From Balanoglossus misakiensis (taxonomy: Eukaryota; Animalia; Hemichordata): DNA of 64,000 nucleotides. Location of the stretch: the NCBI GenBank assembly GCA_040954595.2, contig CM082576.2, forward strand, positions 19,639,028 to 19,703,027. Direction: 5' to 3'. Position numbers and translations under genes: made by a program. Below the pieces are notes generated by a model. That model was not told the origin of the DNA. It worked only from the letters and a program-made list of their open reading frames with translations, and searched no databases. Shown here piece after piece: positions 38,850 through 52,795 of this stretch; position 1 is the first letter of the stretch, and the number at the start of each line of letters is the position of its first letter.

Positions 38850-39588
38850 TGAAAAAAAATCCATGAGGTCTCAAAATGAATACACACCAATTTCTAAAGC
38901 AATTTGACCAGTTTCCACCAATTTCACATTGGTCCCAGTGGTAGATAGACATATACGAAATGGGAACCAAAGAATAAAACACATTTCAAAGATTTAACAC
39001 ATCTTTTTCCTCAAGAGTGTTTTTCAAATCTTCTCCACATCCTTCAAAATCGCCACCATAAAGCCATATTACTTGTAGTGCTTATGTTTGTCTTATCTAG
39101 GTGATGCATACCACTATAGATGTGTACCCTTTGTATAGAGGCAGATTAAACAGGTGTGGTACCTGTTAAATATCTGACTTCTTTAAATTACAGCCACAAT
39201 CGTCTGTCAACAAGATGTTCATGTAGATGTATACCTAGCAGTAAGCTTATTTAGATTGACAAATCTTAGATGAAAATAATGAAAAAGTGGCACAACCCTT
39301 AGGGCTTTAACTAGCAGCTTTATGCCAGATGAGTTCGAGTCTAACGATGTAATGTTGACATTAAGGTTTCATTGAAATAACTTGGGAACCTCACTACTAT
39401 TTGAAGCACCAAAGCTGTGAAAAACTTCCTTCTTTCCCTGAGTTTTTTATGAATATGTTCTAATCTGGGACAAAAATTCGTTGCCAAGTGTCTTGACTCC
39501 TTTACCAAATGTCAGGGACCGGATTTTTTTCAGCAAAATTTCAAATAACCTTGGCTGATTTTTTACCTACTTTCACATATTGGGTAGC

Positions 39589-42500
39589 ATGAAAAAAAGT
39601 ATGGCTTCCAGAAGGGTTATAGATACAGTGTTTTGTAATAACAAGAATTAACATGAAACTATAATTTCATGGTTAATTTAGGACCGCCTTAATCTATGGT
39701 AACGTCATTAAATATTTGCATATCTAATTGTAGGCTATCCAGTGGAGGGAGAAACCTAAACATGGACAACATTGGGGTCAAAATTGTTTGACAGAACTTT
39801 GGGTGACTTTGGGTAAACCTTGACCAACATTACTATATCTTGGCATCCAGAGCAGATGCAACCTTGACACTTGGAGTGATGGAAATGCATAATGGAGTAT
39901 TATGTCTCAGCTAGTCACAGTGCTTTTGCTGTGTTTTATGTCTTTTATTCAGCCAAATTAGATGTTTTTTATTACACATTGGCTGTGTTTGCCAGTACTT
40001 TTTAGCTGGTCACACTGCCTTAAGACAATGTATTCTCAAAATACCATGCAATCATTATGAAGCATATACAGCAGACAAAGTTATGGTATGACTGAACTTG
40101 CCCTTCTTTGTGACTAAAGCATGACCGGCCTGTCTTAGGTGGCCCCTACCTAGGGGCTTTACCCGTCATTGGCTCACAGTCTGAGAAATCAGCTCTGCAG
40201 GGAAGTTAACGATGTAACCCACCATTAAAGCTTGGATTTCCGCTTTTTGTATCTGATGCCTGGCTGAGGCCTTCTTAGGATCTACCCAACGCTGAGTAGG
40301 CTATCCCGTCATTGGCACACAGTCTCAGGGAGGGAGTCAAAAGTTCAGTATACCAGCAAAGCCTTTATATTGTCCATTCTTTTTAAGAGAAGGCTGGCTG
40401 CTGTAGAAAAATGTTGATCTCAAATGTATCATGTCCAAAAAAAGGCAGACTTCCAGCCCTATTGGTTAGGCTGGCATTAGGTATGTACATAATTAATGAG
40501 ACAAGACATAATATTCCATTACATAGTTCCATAACTCCAAGTGTCAAGGATGTATCTGTGCCGGATGCCAAGATATAGGAATGTAGGTCAAAGTTTGCCC
40601 AAGACCACCCAAAAGTTTGTCAAAAGATTTTGACCCCAGAGTTGTCCATGTCCAGGTTACCACATCCTCTAGAATAAGATATGCACATATTTAATGAGGT
40701 TACCATAGCTCAAGGGGGTCTTTAATTAACCATCAACATTTAGTTTCATATTAATGCATGTTAATATAATACACTGTATCTATAACCCTACTGGTAAGCC
40801 TAGAATTAGGTACATGCGAAAGTTTTTGACAAGATAGATAAGTTGTAAAATATGTACATGAACCTGACAATTGACTTAAAATAACATAAGGCAGACTTGA
40901 TACTTATCGGAGATAGATACTAATAACAACAGTGATGTTAATTACACCGGGAATGTTTGTCTTATTATAGCTACATGTAAAAGACTGCTTGAGGTAATGT
41001 AATTAAAGTGACCACTTGCGATTCACCTTCAAAGTGCTATGCAAGTCTACGGTACATTGTTTTTCCAATGATTGGACAAAGGATATTCATAATGTGTAAT
41101 TAAGGCTGGATAGCATTTTCAATGTAATAAGCCCTGCCTTCACTATAATCTTACGCCAAATCAACATTGTTCAGTTTATGTTAATAATTTCACTAAGGGA
41201 CACTTGTTACATCAAATTTCCCAGCAAGGGGTGTCAGATTATTGGGCAAGTGGCATGCATGACACTAGACGATACTTTTGGAAGCAAAGCGGACAGAACA
41301 CGGCTGGATATAGACTAGGTAATTCTGAATGTGACCATGAACTGTACCACAGACTCTGTATTGTATGTTTCTGAAGAATCCCATTTAACCCAGACATCAA
41401 CATACTTCAACCTTGTAAGAAGTAGAACATACATGATTTACTAGTAAATATTTGCTAGGTTATTACACACTTTGGATTACACAAAAATAGGTGTGTACAC
41501 CGCTGTGACATTGCCAAGCAGATATGACCTACCAGGTAACCTAATACAATTTCACAGGAATCGGAGTATTTTCAGTGAAAACAACATTTCTTCAACAATG
41601 ACAAAAACTGCCTCAACCACAAAAATTCAGATATCAACAAATCCAACAATATCTCACTTCAATCACCACAAGGAACATGCCTACCAAAATTGAAAGCAAT
41701 TTGACATGCGGTTTCAAAGAATACAAATTGCAAAAATTGCCTCAAGACCACAAATATGCAAATTTCACCAAAATGATATACAACATTACTTGGGTTACCT
41801 CATGGAACAAGCAAACCAAAATTTAAATGCAACCTGACCTGACATGGAGTTTCAGAGAAAATGATTTTTGACCAAAAATGACAAAATTACATTTCCCAAA
41901 AATTACAAATTTTGCCACAATTTAAACAATACTAACAAAGATTACCTATAGGAAATAGCTTACTAAATTCTAGATACAATTCACGATATTAGCTGAAAGT
42001 ATATCAGGCGTGACATAAGCTACATGCATACAAATGTTCAAAGCAATCTGACCAGTTGTTGAGTTTCTGAGTTTTGATCAATTTCACATTGCTCCAGGTA
42101 ATTAGCATATTTCATTTGAACAGGCGTGCCTGCATCTAAAAACCCAATATCAAGACTTACCACACAGACTCTGTATTGTATGTTTCTGGAGTAATCAAAT
42201 AAAACCAATCATGAAAATACTTCAACCTTCTTAATATGAACAAAATCCTATTTACAGGCTGGCCTACATCTACACACCAAATATCAAGGGGATACGCGAA
42301 GGGGTTTTCAAGTTTTTGATGTGGACAGACATACATACATCCATACATACTACATACACACATACAGAGGCAACTGACTGGTCAGAAGGCATGAGCAAAA
42401 ATGCAGGAAATCAATGTTGTGACACTGGTAGTAGGCCTTAATGTATACAATATCAAGACAGTTTATTTAACATGAAGTTTGATATGTTCATAATCATTCA

Positions 42501-44282
42501 GAGCTAAGCATATTTTGAAATTGTAAAATTAATATTAATCACATGAAAACTGACAGCATGCTTTCATTTGGGAATTTAGGTATTGTAATTAACACTAACA
42601 GTCATGAAACTATTGAATCGTCAATAAAATCATACAGTAGAAATTAATGGGTTTTCTATTTGTATGCGATATGAAAATGCAACTTGTGGTCCTTCGGCCA
42701 GTAAGAGGCATCAGATAATATTGTAAGACCCAGTTGCCCAATTGATTAGACCTACATGTATGCGCTGTGTGAAGCGCAAGTTATGGCAACTGAATTCACA
42801 GGACACTGAAGAAAGTGGAATCACTCAAGGTACATATGTATACATGTAGGCTAACAATCACAACACAGAGAATAGTTCTCCATATTCATTTTTAATACGA
42901 TAAGATTCACTGAATTGGCGCATCCATGGGCAGGCAAGGTTAGTTCCAACTCAGTTTGCAAATCAGGCCCATGTATCTTGTTCCCTGAGACTGTCTGCTT
43001 CTAATAATAGCTGTAAGAACATAATCGTTGACCGAATGGTTGGTTCAATTTTGCAACATTTTATGATTTCAAGCTGTGCAATATTTGCAACTCAGTTTCA
43101 ACTTTGGTTGGAGGGATGAGGATGAAGCAATTTCACTGACAAAATAGCACTACTAACTGACGTCAATATTTGTTCAAAGTTAAATGCATTGCTATCAGAA
43201 AAATGTATACTAAAAGTTTCGTATGTGAATAATAACACTTTTTCGTATAACTGCAAACCCTGTCACAGTTGTGAAATTCTAAGAAAATTCATTCATTAGG
43301 TAGAATTCGTGCTTTATGAATTCTTAAACAAACTTAGTCATGAAACCTAAATGGTTACCTTACACATGTTGAGGCTCGACTTCTGTGATATGATAGTCTT
43401 TAATTAATGTGTATGTGATTCCATAAAAATCCATATGATTACCTGAACATACAAAATAAATTAAAAATAAATACATAAATTAAAAATAAATAAGTATCTC
43501 ATACATATGCATAAGTGCTTGTGAGAAATATATCATATATCTAAATAAACCTGTCATTTATTGACCTCATTTTCCCAGTAAACCAAAGGACTAAATTGCA
43601 CTTTAATATTACAGCTTCATTTCAATGCAACAGGTACACTACATCATAAGGGAACAAATATGCCAGCTCAACATTTATATAAACAGTGTCAAAATATAAG
43701 TGGCTACAAAAGCTTGTGTCCCTTCAATCCATTCTCCCACTCAGGTCAAACGTGTTACATATTAAAATTGCAATGTGCATAATATACAATTAGTCTTTTG
43801 TAAATTCAGACTGAGAAAATATGACTGATAAACATTATCTGGCACATGTTGGTGAATGGCTGGCGTTGATGTTGTGGGTTGAAATCCGAACTATGATTAT
43901 CGCGGGTACAAATCACATTTATTTTCTCAGAGACAACACGTTTGCAACTTCGGGACAGAAAGGTGAAAACGAACGTCATTAGTTCTTGGGAAAAAACTCT
44001 GAAATCAATTTCGGTGAGGTCAAATGTGTTCCAAAGGCAAACCGTTTCTGGTAAACAAATCAATGGCAAATAGTTACTTCGGCGACTTACCAATCAATCA
44101 ACATGGCTGCCAAATCGTTGGATATCCCGGTTTCATCTCGCGATCATTCTATCTTCCGATATGGCGTTGCTTGGTTAAATTCGCCTCTTCTTTGCCGACA
44201 TAGTCGGGCGACAGCGGTCCAGAAGCATATACAGCGACGCCATCTTGTTTACAATGTGAAGTATCAACTGCGCATGCTCAAT
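39589..44282. repeat. Left arm of large palindrome P3
   Basis: Reverse complement matches 50606-53805, 57551-60748 and 62244-64000 with scattered substitutions and indels. Confidence 0.93.
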
Positions 44283-44755
44283 GGTTGTTGATTGGAAAGT
44301 GGGCAGAGCCTGCAAGATCCAGGGTTCGCTTGACCGGCCAAACGCGGTTATTCTCCCTAGACCAAATCATTTAAGCGTCAGGCGTAATACATCACATAAT
44401 TGACTGGAAAACTAAACAGTCTTCCACCTATATATCAACACAGTTTATTAAACCAGCACCCGCGCAAATATTCACAAGTATATGATTAAAATTGATGAAA
44501 TCATTAATCGCACGGTTACAGCTGTCATAGTTTCTAATAATATTATTCACTGGTAGCGCTGACATACCATGTTGAAACTTGTCGCGGAAAACAAGATAAT
44601 TGATCTTACGGTGTCATTTGTTTTTAAAAAGTGCTTAATAACTATTGATCCCATTGATATATTTTTTCCATATTTATATATTTTTCGCAAATTTTGACTG
44701 CTTGGGCTACTAATAGCATGGTGATCACAATGGATTTACCACCTCCCAGCTGCGT

Positions 44756-44763
44756 TATAAAAG
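44756..44763 (+). promoter_or_regulatory. TATA box of predicted peptide-precursor gene
   Basis: TATAAAAG about 70 nt upstream of ATG 44827. Confidence 0.6.
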
Positions 44764-44826
44764 AATGCCTATTCTGTGGACACTAGCCTCATCGAAGACC
44801 GAACGTGTTCATCGATGTTTCCATTC

Positions 44827-44913
44827 ATGGCGAACTCCAATGCAGGCGTCGCAGTCATTCTGGCTTTCACGCTGTGGGCACCTCTGGTGACAGCAATTCC
44901 CAACAAGTTGCGG
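44827..44913 (+). CDS. Secreted peptide precursor, exon 1 (signal peptide)
   Basis: MANSNAGVAVILAFTLWAPLVTA-IPNKLR: hydrophobic core and V-T-A cleavage motif. Donor CGG|GTAAGT, phase 0. Confidence 0.72.
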
Positions 44914-45140
44914 GTAAGTAATCACACAACCTATATGAGTGAAAGTTTCTTGTCATTTTCGCAACGTCAAGGTTGATATTCTCTTCTTGGATCGAAAATG
45001 TGTGACACAACAAATGAATCTGCGTGGCAGGGTCGGCTGTGTCTTTTGCTTCGAGGCATAGTCGTCAGACACACATCCCTAACACGCGAAGCCAGCTTAT
45101 CCTTTGATCAAATGGCAGCGCTATTCTAAATATTTTACAG

Positions 45141-45213
45141 CATGCCCTAAAGGACAAACACGTGCCGCTGGAAGAGGCCAACACTCAGCAGAGACGGCAA
45201 GATGTTAACGGAG
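45141..45213 (+). CDS. Secreted peptide precursor, exon 2
   Basis: TTTTACAG acceptor, GAG|GTGAGC donor. HALKDKHVPLEEANTQQRRQDVNG, open, ends phase 1. Confidence 0.68.
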
Positions 45214-46425
45214 GTGAGCCCCAACAATAAATTAATATTGTTCCTTTTATTTAGAAAACGCCGCATAATTAGCCAACCAATCATGGTTATGAGAAACCTC
45301 CAAAATACAATGTATCGATATTTACTGCATCTGTTCATACTTCGCCCGCGCTTTAAAAACCCTATAGCTGCTAAAATTGGCATATTTTTTTCCAGAGTAA
45401 AATACTTCATATGTATATTCCCTATTCCCTAAAATCTTCACCCGTGACCATTGAGCCATATTACTTGCATTTGCATTGGTTTGTCATAACTTGGCGTCGC
45501 ATTTCACGATAGCTGCTTAGCTGCTATTGTTTGTATGAAGGCTGATTAAATCGGTGAGGCACCGTTTTAATACATAGCATGTTCCAATTGCAACATGCAG
45601 TCACAATCGGGCATCGATAAGATGTTTATGTATACCTATCAGTAAGCTTATTTTGATGAACCAATTTAAGTTGGAAAATAAAATCATGAAAATAATGCTA
45701 AAAGTGGCAGCTTTGGAGGCTTTAAACTACAGTTCTCCCAAATTGTCTTGACTAAATGACATACATGTGGTCAAAAGTTCTGACTGCAGAAGAGGTTGCA
45801 GCTGTGAGGGGGACTGTTCAATTGGAGGAAATATATTTACAAGGAATAAAGACAATATTGAAATGGCAGCAGAAATAGTTCCTACTGAAAAGAATGCTAT
45901 CTGCAGTGAGTATCACAACTTTAAAATGAAAGATTTTGCAAATTTAAAAAAAATATTGAGTGTTTTGACATGCGTCAGTGGTCAGTAACACACAAGCTGC
46001 ATGATAAGAGGGTCACGAGAAATTGTAAGCCGCAATGTATAATGGATTAACTCCATGACCTATGCGACCTACGAACTGTGACGTACAGAATTTATTTCTA
46101 CGTGTAATGCGGTCTGCGGCAGTGAGCCACAGACCGCATTGCGAGAGCAGTGAGAATTCACCACAATGCAAACTTTCTGAACGTAGGTTGATCTTCGAAT
46201 GAAATATTACCTTGTCACCAGTTTTCCACATGGCTACACTGTAAAATTGGGTGACGTGTTCGTTCACAAGTGGAATAATTGTGAGTAGTAAAGCACGCGA
46301 AGTTAAGCAACGAGCACGTTTTGAAATGCGCGCAGATGATCCCAGTTTAGCAAATTCAGGCCATTGCGTGCATGCAAAATAAAATAATACTGTACCGGGG
46401 GTGAGCCTACTTTCTTTCCATACAG

Positions 46426-46447
46426 ATACACGTATATGTTGGTTAAG
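46426..46447 (+). CDS. Secreted peptide precursor, 22-nt exon 3
   Basis: CTTTCTTTCCATACAG acceptor, AAG|GTATGT donor. DTRICWL, phase 1 to 2. Confidence 0.55.
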
Positions 46448-46794
46448 GTATGTGACAAACAGTTTTCATGTAACAGCCAGTGATGCTGACCATAAAACCA
46501 GCGCAGCTGATGCTTTCATCTACAATTTGCAACATGGACGTTTGTGTCTCTGCATGTGTCGTGCATGTTACTGCTGAACAAAAAAGATATGCGGGCACCA
46601 CAGGCTGGCGAAAGCGGTGCTCACGTGCTCTGCAAGCTGATGCTGTCACTAAATTGGCAAAGTATTGTACACATGGAGGAGTTTCTTGAGCTGTCTGTTG
46701 TATAAATGTCGGTTGTGAGTACATTATTTTTTATTTTATTTTAATAATTTTCAAAGCCCCTATGATTGAAGCATATTATTACGACTCATCCGTT

Positions 46795-46873
46795 CATCAT
46801 TCATTCATTCATTCATTCATTCATTCATTCATTCATTCATTCATTCATTCATTCATTCATTCATTCATCCATT
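46795..46873. repeat. (TTCA)n microsatellite
   Basis: Directly visible; longer allele at about 55572-55685. Confidence 0.98.
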
Positions 46874-46963
46874 CAGTCAGTCACTGTACCAATTGAAGAC
46901 GCCCTTGTATAGGAGAATTTAGCTATGTACTGACTGTCTTTTCATTTTTTCTTCATCCTATAG

Positions 46964-46991
46964 AATCTACCGACCTGGTCGCTGTCAATAA
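46964..46991 (+). CDS. Secreted peptide precursor, terminal exon 4
   Basis: TACTGAC branch-like site, long pyrimidine tract, TATAG acceptor. RIYRPGRCQ then stop. AATAAA at 47277. Confidence 0.6.
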
Positions 46992-49374
46992 CAATTCAAC
47001 TCCTTAAACATCCTGTGTGTGTGAAGTCTATGAACACTGGCCATGCATTTCAATTCAAGGACAAAATGAATGCGCAATATTTCGTTTTATCGAGAGTAAT
47101 GTGCAGTGATTAAATTTGCTAGGGCTCTCTTAGCAGATTTGGAGTTAGTCATTTTGGTAGAAACTTTTCGAGATGGGAAATCTTTGGTCATCTAACCAAG
47201 TTATTTGTATTTTTGTTATATAAGACAGAGTCATTTCTATATCATAGATGCAAGTTTAATTTATAACATGCATTTGAATAAAATATTTTTTTTTAAATAT
47301 CACCACATGAATTTGAATAAAATATTTTTTTTAAATATCACCAGATTGAAATCTTTGGAAGTTTGCACTTAGAGGGATGGCATGGCAGTTTTCCACTGTT
47401 CATATTACAAAGAATTTGGCGTCACGTGTAGATTTCATGAGTGTTCGAGTTTTGCTCTTCCCAGCCTCGTACCCACAATCCTCTGATACTTACACTTACG
47501 TCAGTTCTATAGCCGCTGACCCACTAGATTCTCCTTATGAATTGCCCAAATTATTTTTTGGTATAGTTTTGATAGTTAGTGCACGGAAACTTTTGATCGA
47601 TTCACGAAATTCAAAATATGTTACATCACAAACCTCATAAAAAGGAGGCTAGAGTAGCCTGTTTGTTTTCAGGTAATTTTACAATTACCTCAATTACCTT
47701 TTTTGGAGGGAGGGGGTTAAGAAAACATACAGATTGAAATAACAAGGAAGTGGTATATCAAACCGAAACCTTATCTCAATCGTGATTCTAGAGTGTTTCC
47801 ATGTCATGTGACATCCACAAAAATGTGGTATTATCTTGAAAAGAGTCCCGATTTCCCAAACTGGTTTTGCGAATGTACTTCACTTTGGAGCAATGCATGA
47901 GTACATTCGTAGAAAGATATTGCTCCACTATTTACTGACACTCCTCTTGTACTGCAAATATTACTGCATTCTGTCAGGGCAAGACAAAAGACACAGCAGA
48001 ACTGCCAGAATTAAAACAGACAACTGGCAATTTCAATAAAACATGTAATAACAAATATATGTAACATTGAATGAGGTGTCCATACAGCTTGGTCATTTAA
48101 AGACCTCCAGTCATTGTGACAATGCATAAATATTTATGTACACCATATTAAAAATTAGTTCAGGCATACCTTATACATGTATGTTTTTGACTGACCATAT
48201 CCTCAGCACGCCCTTTTTTTCAAAAAGACTATCATTATTCTCTGCCAGGCAGAGAGTTGCCGCTTTCTTGTTAACAATAATATACTATTATAACATTGCA
48301 TAGATTCCTGTTTGTTTCTGTCCATATCTCACAAACTGTGGTGTGCATACTGTTGAAATGACCTCAAGAAGAAAATGCCAAATGGAAAAATATTTGACAT
48401 ACTAACCTGTATGATAATGTTATACGGTACAATATATTTAACGGTTCCAATCCAATGTTGAGAACTAACAAAACAATTTGAGCAGAATTCATTTAAAATT
48501 AATTGCAGTTCCGTTTCACCGCATTTCATAGGATGCTGGCTAAAATTCATACTATGGTGGATTACCTGTTATGCATTTCTTTCCCTATTTCGTCTGGCAG
48601 ATTTGAGTTTGACAAGCTGTCATTTTCCTTTCAGCTCCGCAAAATTGATGGATTTACTTTGACAGCACACAGACTGTCCATTTGTCATCGGAGATACAAG
48701 CAGCATCAGTTGCTGAACAGCTTGCAGCAGTGTTGGAAAAGAGTACACAACACTAACTTGCAAGAGTGCTTTGGCCCTTTCTTCACACTGTCCGAAACTT
48801 GTTGTGTTACATCATTGCTTAATGAATAAGAAATACACAGGTATTTAGCGTTCTATTCAATACCTACAATAGATAAAAGGGTGTCGGTCTGTATGCGACA
48901 ATCTTCAATGTTCTTATGAGCACAAGGCTTTATTCAGGGAACGTTTTACAGTAAGAATTATATGATATAAACTGAATAAGTTTGTTGTCTGTCAACTCTT
49001 CTGTCTTTGTCTTACCGATACGGTTCTAACCGCAAACACTGAGGCTTCTCTGCTCGTACACAGTATAAATCAATGGATGATAAAATGCGCCCTCTTTTGG
49101 TGAACTCTTCCTACCGCCCGACCTTCTACCTTACATTAAGGCATGTAGGGCGGTCAGGTAGATGGCAGTGTATTGCAAGCGTCTCTTGCATATTTTTTTC
49201 CGCCAGGAATGGCATACATTCCTTTTTGGCGACACCACAACTGCTGGAACTTCTCGAAAAATTGAGAGCCGGATTTCATAAATGCTCATGTTTTCCGAAG
49301 GGCTGAAAGAAGATCCAGAGTGGAATATTTAAATTTGCCTGTGGCAGACATCATAGTGGCTGCCAGTTATTCTA

Positions 49375-49535
49375 TTTCTTGTGCAAGAGATAGTATCTTG
49401 TTCCAGCGAGATGTTTTCTCGTGTGCACGAGAAACATGCTATCTCGTGCATATCTCGTGCGCACGAGAAAATTGCGAGCGCACTCGTGTTCACGAGAAAA
49501 TATCACATGCACACGTAAGTCGTGCGCACGAGATA
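49375..49535. repeat. Minisatellite of palindromic TCTCGTGCGCACGAGA-like units
   Basis: Several degenerate self-complementary units; duplicated at about 56322-56482. Confidence 0.85.
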
Positions 49536-52242
49536 AAAAAAATGTGCCCTGTAGTCTTTCTTAGGACATGGTAGCGTGACGTCGCATTGTAATTAACGGA
49601 CGATCTTGGAAATTCGGCTATTAATGGTGAATGGACTTTCGCCTCCTTCGAACAACAACAGAGACTGACGTCGCAACAATGACAGAAAAAGTGAAGCAAA
49701 TGGCCGACAAAACGAAGAGAATCGGAAAACGGGCAGGATCCTCGGCACAGACATCTGGGAATAATACCACCACATCAAATAGAACGACGAGTAGTGCAGG
49801 ACAAACCGCCACCAGTGACTATGACAACAAGTCTGAAGGCGATGCTGGCGAACCCTTGCACAATACAACTACAGTCCTACAGAGAAATGCAGCCCAGCGC
49901 CACTCAAGATTTTCCATTCCTGGTCTGGCAGCAGCCAAAATATGTTGTTGTTTTTTCTCTTAGAAGCGACCTCAGTCTGAGCTGCATGAGAATAAACTGT
50001 AGGTTGGGAATACAACAAAAAAACACGCAGTCGCTGCGGTCAACACGTAGCTATTAGTTTCGGTTTTATGTTCGCTACAGCTCGGAAACCAAAATGTGGT
50101 ACAACTTCAAGCTACATAAACTGGAAAGCATAGTACGTGCAGAGCAGACCATGGTGACGAAAGCAGGTATTCTAGGTCGTAAGATAAAAACACGGCGCTA
50201 GAAAAACAGTCATCAAAAGTTGCACGTGTTCCCCGGCCAAAAATAATGTAATTGTTGGCGCACAGAAAGTCCAGTCGATAAACGTTTACGCTATAGAAAC
50301 TCACTCTCTCAGCAAAAGTCTGACACCCTCGTCAATGACAAAACGCAAACCGAGCTGGGTATGATCAAGTCAAACATAGGGCCAATCCCCACTCTGTGTT
50401 TTATTATTTTCCACATACGATGGTTCTAAATAAAAATGTACCTATTTGAAATGCTTACCGAGGTAAGATCATTGAAAGTTTTCAAACGTTGATGACAAAT
50501 GTATAACTGATTTTTTACAAATGAATAATCGCGCACTTGCATGTTATTTTCTCTATACCAGACACCGCGCGCGCGCCGTTGGCAAAAAAAAAAACGCGGA
50601 AAATTATTGAGCATGCGCAGTCGATACTTCACATTGTAAACAAGATGGCGTCGCTGCCTATGCTTCTCGACCGCTGTCGCCTGACTATGTCGGCAAAGAA
50701 GAGACGAATTTAACCATGCAACGCCATATCGGAAGACAGAATGATCGCGAGATGAAACCGGGCTATCCAACGATTAGGCAGCCATGTTGACTGATTGGTA
50801 TGTCGCCGAAGTAATTATTTGCCATTGATTTGTTTACCAGAAACGGTTTGCCTTTGGAACACATTTGGCCTCACCGAAATTGATTTCAGAGGTTTTTTCC
50901 CAAAAACTAATGACGTTCGTTTTCACCTGAGTGCGAGGATGGATTGAAGGGACACAAGCTTTTGTAGCCACCAATATTTTGACACTCTTTATATCAATGT
51001 TGAGCTGGCATATTTGCTCCAATATGATGTAGTGTACCTGTTGCATTGAAATGAAGCTGTAATAATATTACAGTGCAATCTAGTCCTTTGGGTTAATAGG
51101 AAAACGAGGTCAATAAATGACAGGTTTATTTAAATACAGGATATATTTATCACAAGCACTTATGCATATGTATGAGATACTTATTTATTTTTAATTTATT
51201 TTTTATTTTTTATTTATTTTGTACGTTCAGGTAATCATATGGATTTGTATGGAATCACATACACATTAATTGAAGACTATCATATCACAGAAGTCGAGCC
51301 GCCAGATGTGTAAGGTAACCATTTAGGTTTCATGACTAAGTTTGTTTAAGAATTCATAAAGCTACCCAATGAATGAATTTCCTTAAAATTTCACAAATGT
51401 GACAGAGTTTGCAGTTGTGCAAGAAAGTGTGTATTATTCACATAAGAATTGTTTCGTATGCATTTTTCTGATGGCAATGCATTTGACTGTAAACAAATAT
51501 GGATGTCAGTTAGTAGTGCTATTTTGTCAGTGAAATGGCTTCATCATCATCCCTCCAACCAAAGTTGAAACAGAGTTGCAAATATTGCACAGCTTGAAAT
51601 CATAAAATGTTGCAAAATTGAACCAACCCTTTGGTCAACGATTATGTTCTTACAGCTATTATTAGAACCAGACAGTCTCAGGGAACAAGAGACATGGGCC
51701 TGATTTGCAAGTTGAGTTAGAACTGCCTTTGCCTGCCCACGGACGCCCCAATTTCAGCAAAAATTATTGCATTAAAATATGAGTATGGAGAACTATGCTC
51801 TGTGTTTCTTTTGTTAGCTTACATAGCTGTTGTCATTCTAGTTTTTCCTCCGTCCTGTGAGCAGAGTTTCAGTTGCGAAAACCGACAGTTCTCAAAGTAC
51901 AAAAGTACACCTAAATTGCCTCGGTGATGAGCATGCAGAATTTATCTGATGCTTCTTACTGGCAGAAGGACCCCACCAGTTGCAGATTGTGAATTCCATG
52001 GCACAAGGGAATTTACGCTTTGCGTTCAAATATAAATAATTAAATCCTGTAAAATTATTCTATATGTTATTTATTGATGATTCAAAAGTGTTATGACTGA
52101 TTGTGTTAGAGTACCTGTATTCCATATAAGCATGCTGTCAGTGCACATCCGATTGATAACAATTTCACATTTTTAAAAAATTGCTTCTCTGAATAATTAT
52201 GAATACATAAAACTTCATATGATATAAATTGATAAACATTAA

Positions 52243-52682
52243 ACCCCGATGCGTGGTATAAAAGACCCCCCAAATCAGTGGCGAATCTTAATACCGTTTG
52301 ACTGACAACAGACAACACCAACGATCTTGGCTCTATGAAAATCGGCCCAAACAGATCCAAGCATAAAGAATTACACCACACAACGACAGTGGTTGGCTTT
52401 ATAAACACACACAACATAAAGTTATCGATGAAAAAGTACACGAGCTTTTGAAACAACGATGATTTTGGGAGAAATCTGGTTTCAGTGCTTTTCAGAAGCA
52501 TCCCTGGGAAACAATAACCACGCCATTCAAACAGCTGTCAATCGCATAGAGGTGTAAAGTGTTCAATTATTTTCTATGTACATGAGATCAATTACACAGT
52601 TATTATGCACGACGACCACTCCCAAATAAACAACTGTACAAACACACGTTAATCCGAACCCCAGTACTTTCCGCACCGGGGT
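52243..52682. mobile_element. 440-bp TTAA-targeting MITE
   Basis: TTAA at 52239-52242 and 52683-52686. TIR ACCCCGRTGCG. The left arm of P3 has a single TTAA at the empty site (near 42438). Confidence 0.85.
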
Positions 52683-52733
52683 TTAAGGCCTAATGCTAGT
52701 GTCACAACATTGATTACCAGACCGTTTCCCTCT

Positions 52734-52795
52734 GTATGTATGTATGTATGTATGTATGTATGTATGTATGTATGTATGTATGTATGTATGTATGC
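52734..52795. repeat. (TATG)n microsatellite
   Basis: Directly visible; duplicate at about 59678-59738. Confidence 0.98.

Noticed and set aside
49631-49963. 110-aa Ser/Thr-rich ORF (duplicate 56577-56909)
   Set aside because: Low complexity, no recognisable domain; identity between copies reflects the recent duplication, not selection.
52106-52501. 131-aa minus-strand ORF
   Set aside because: It crosses the MITE boundary, so it is a chance frame.
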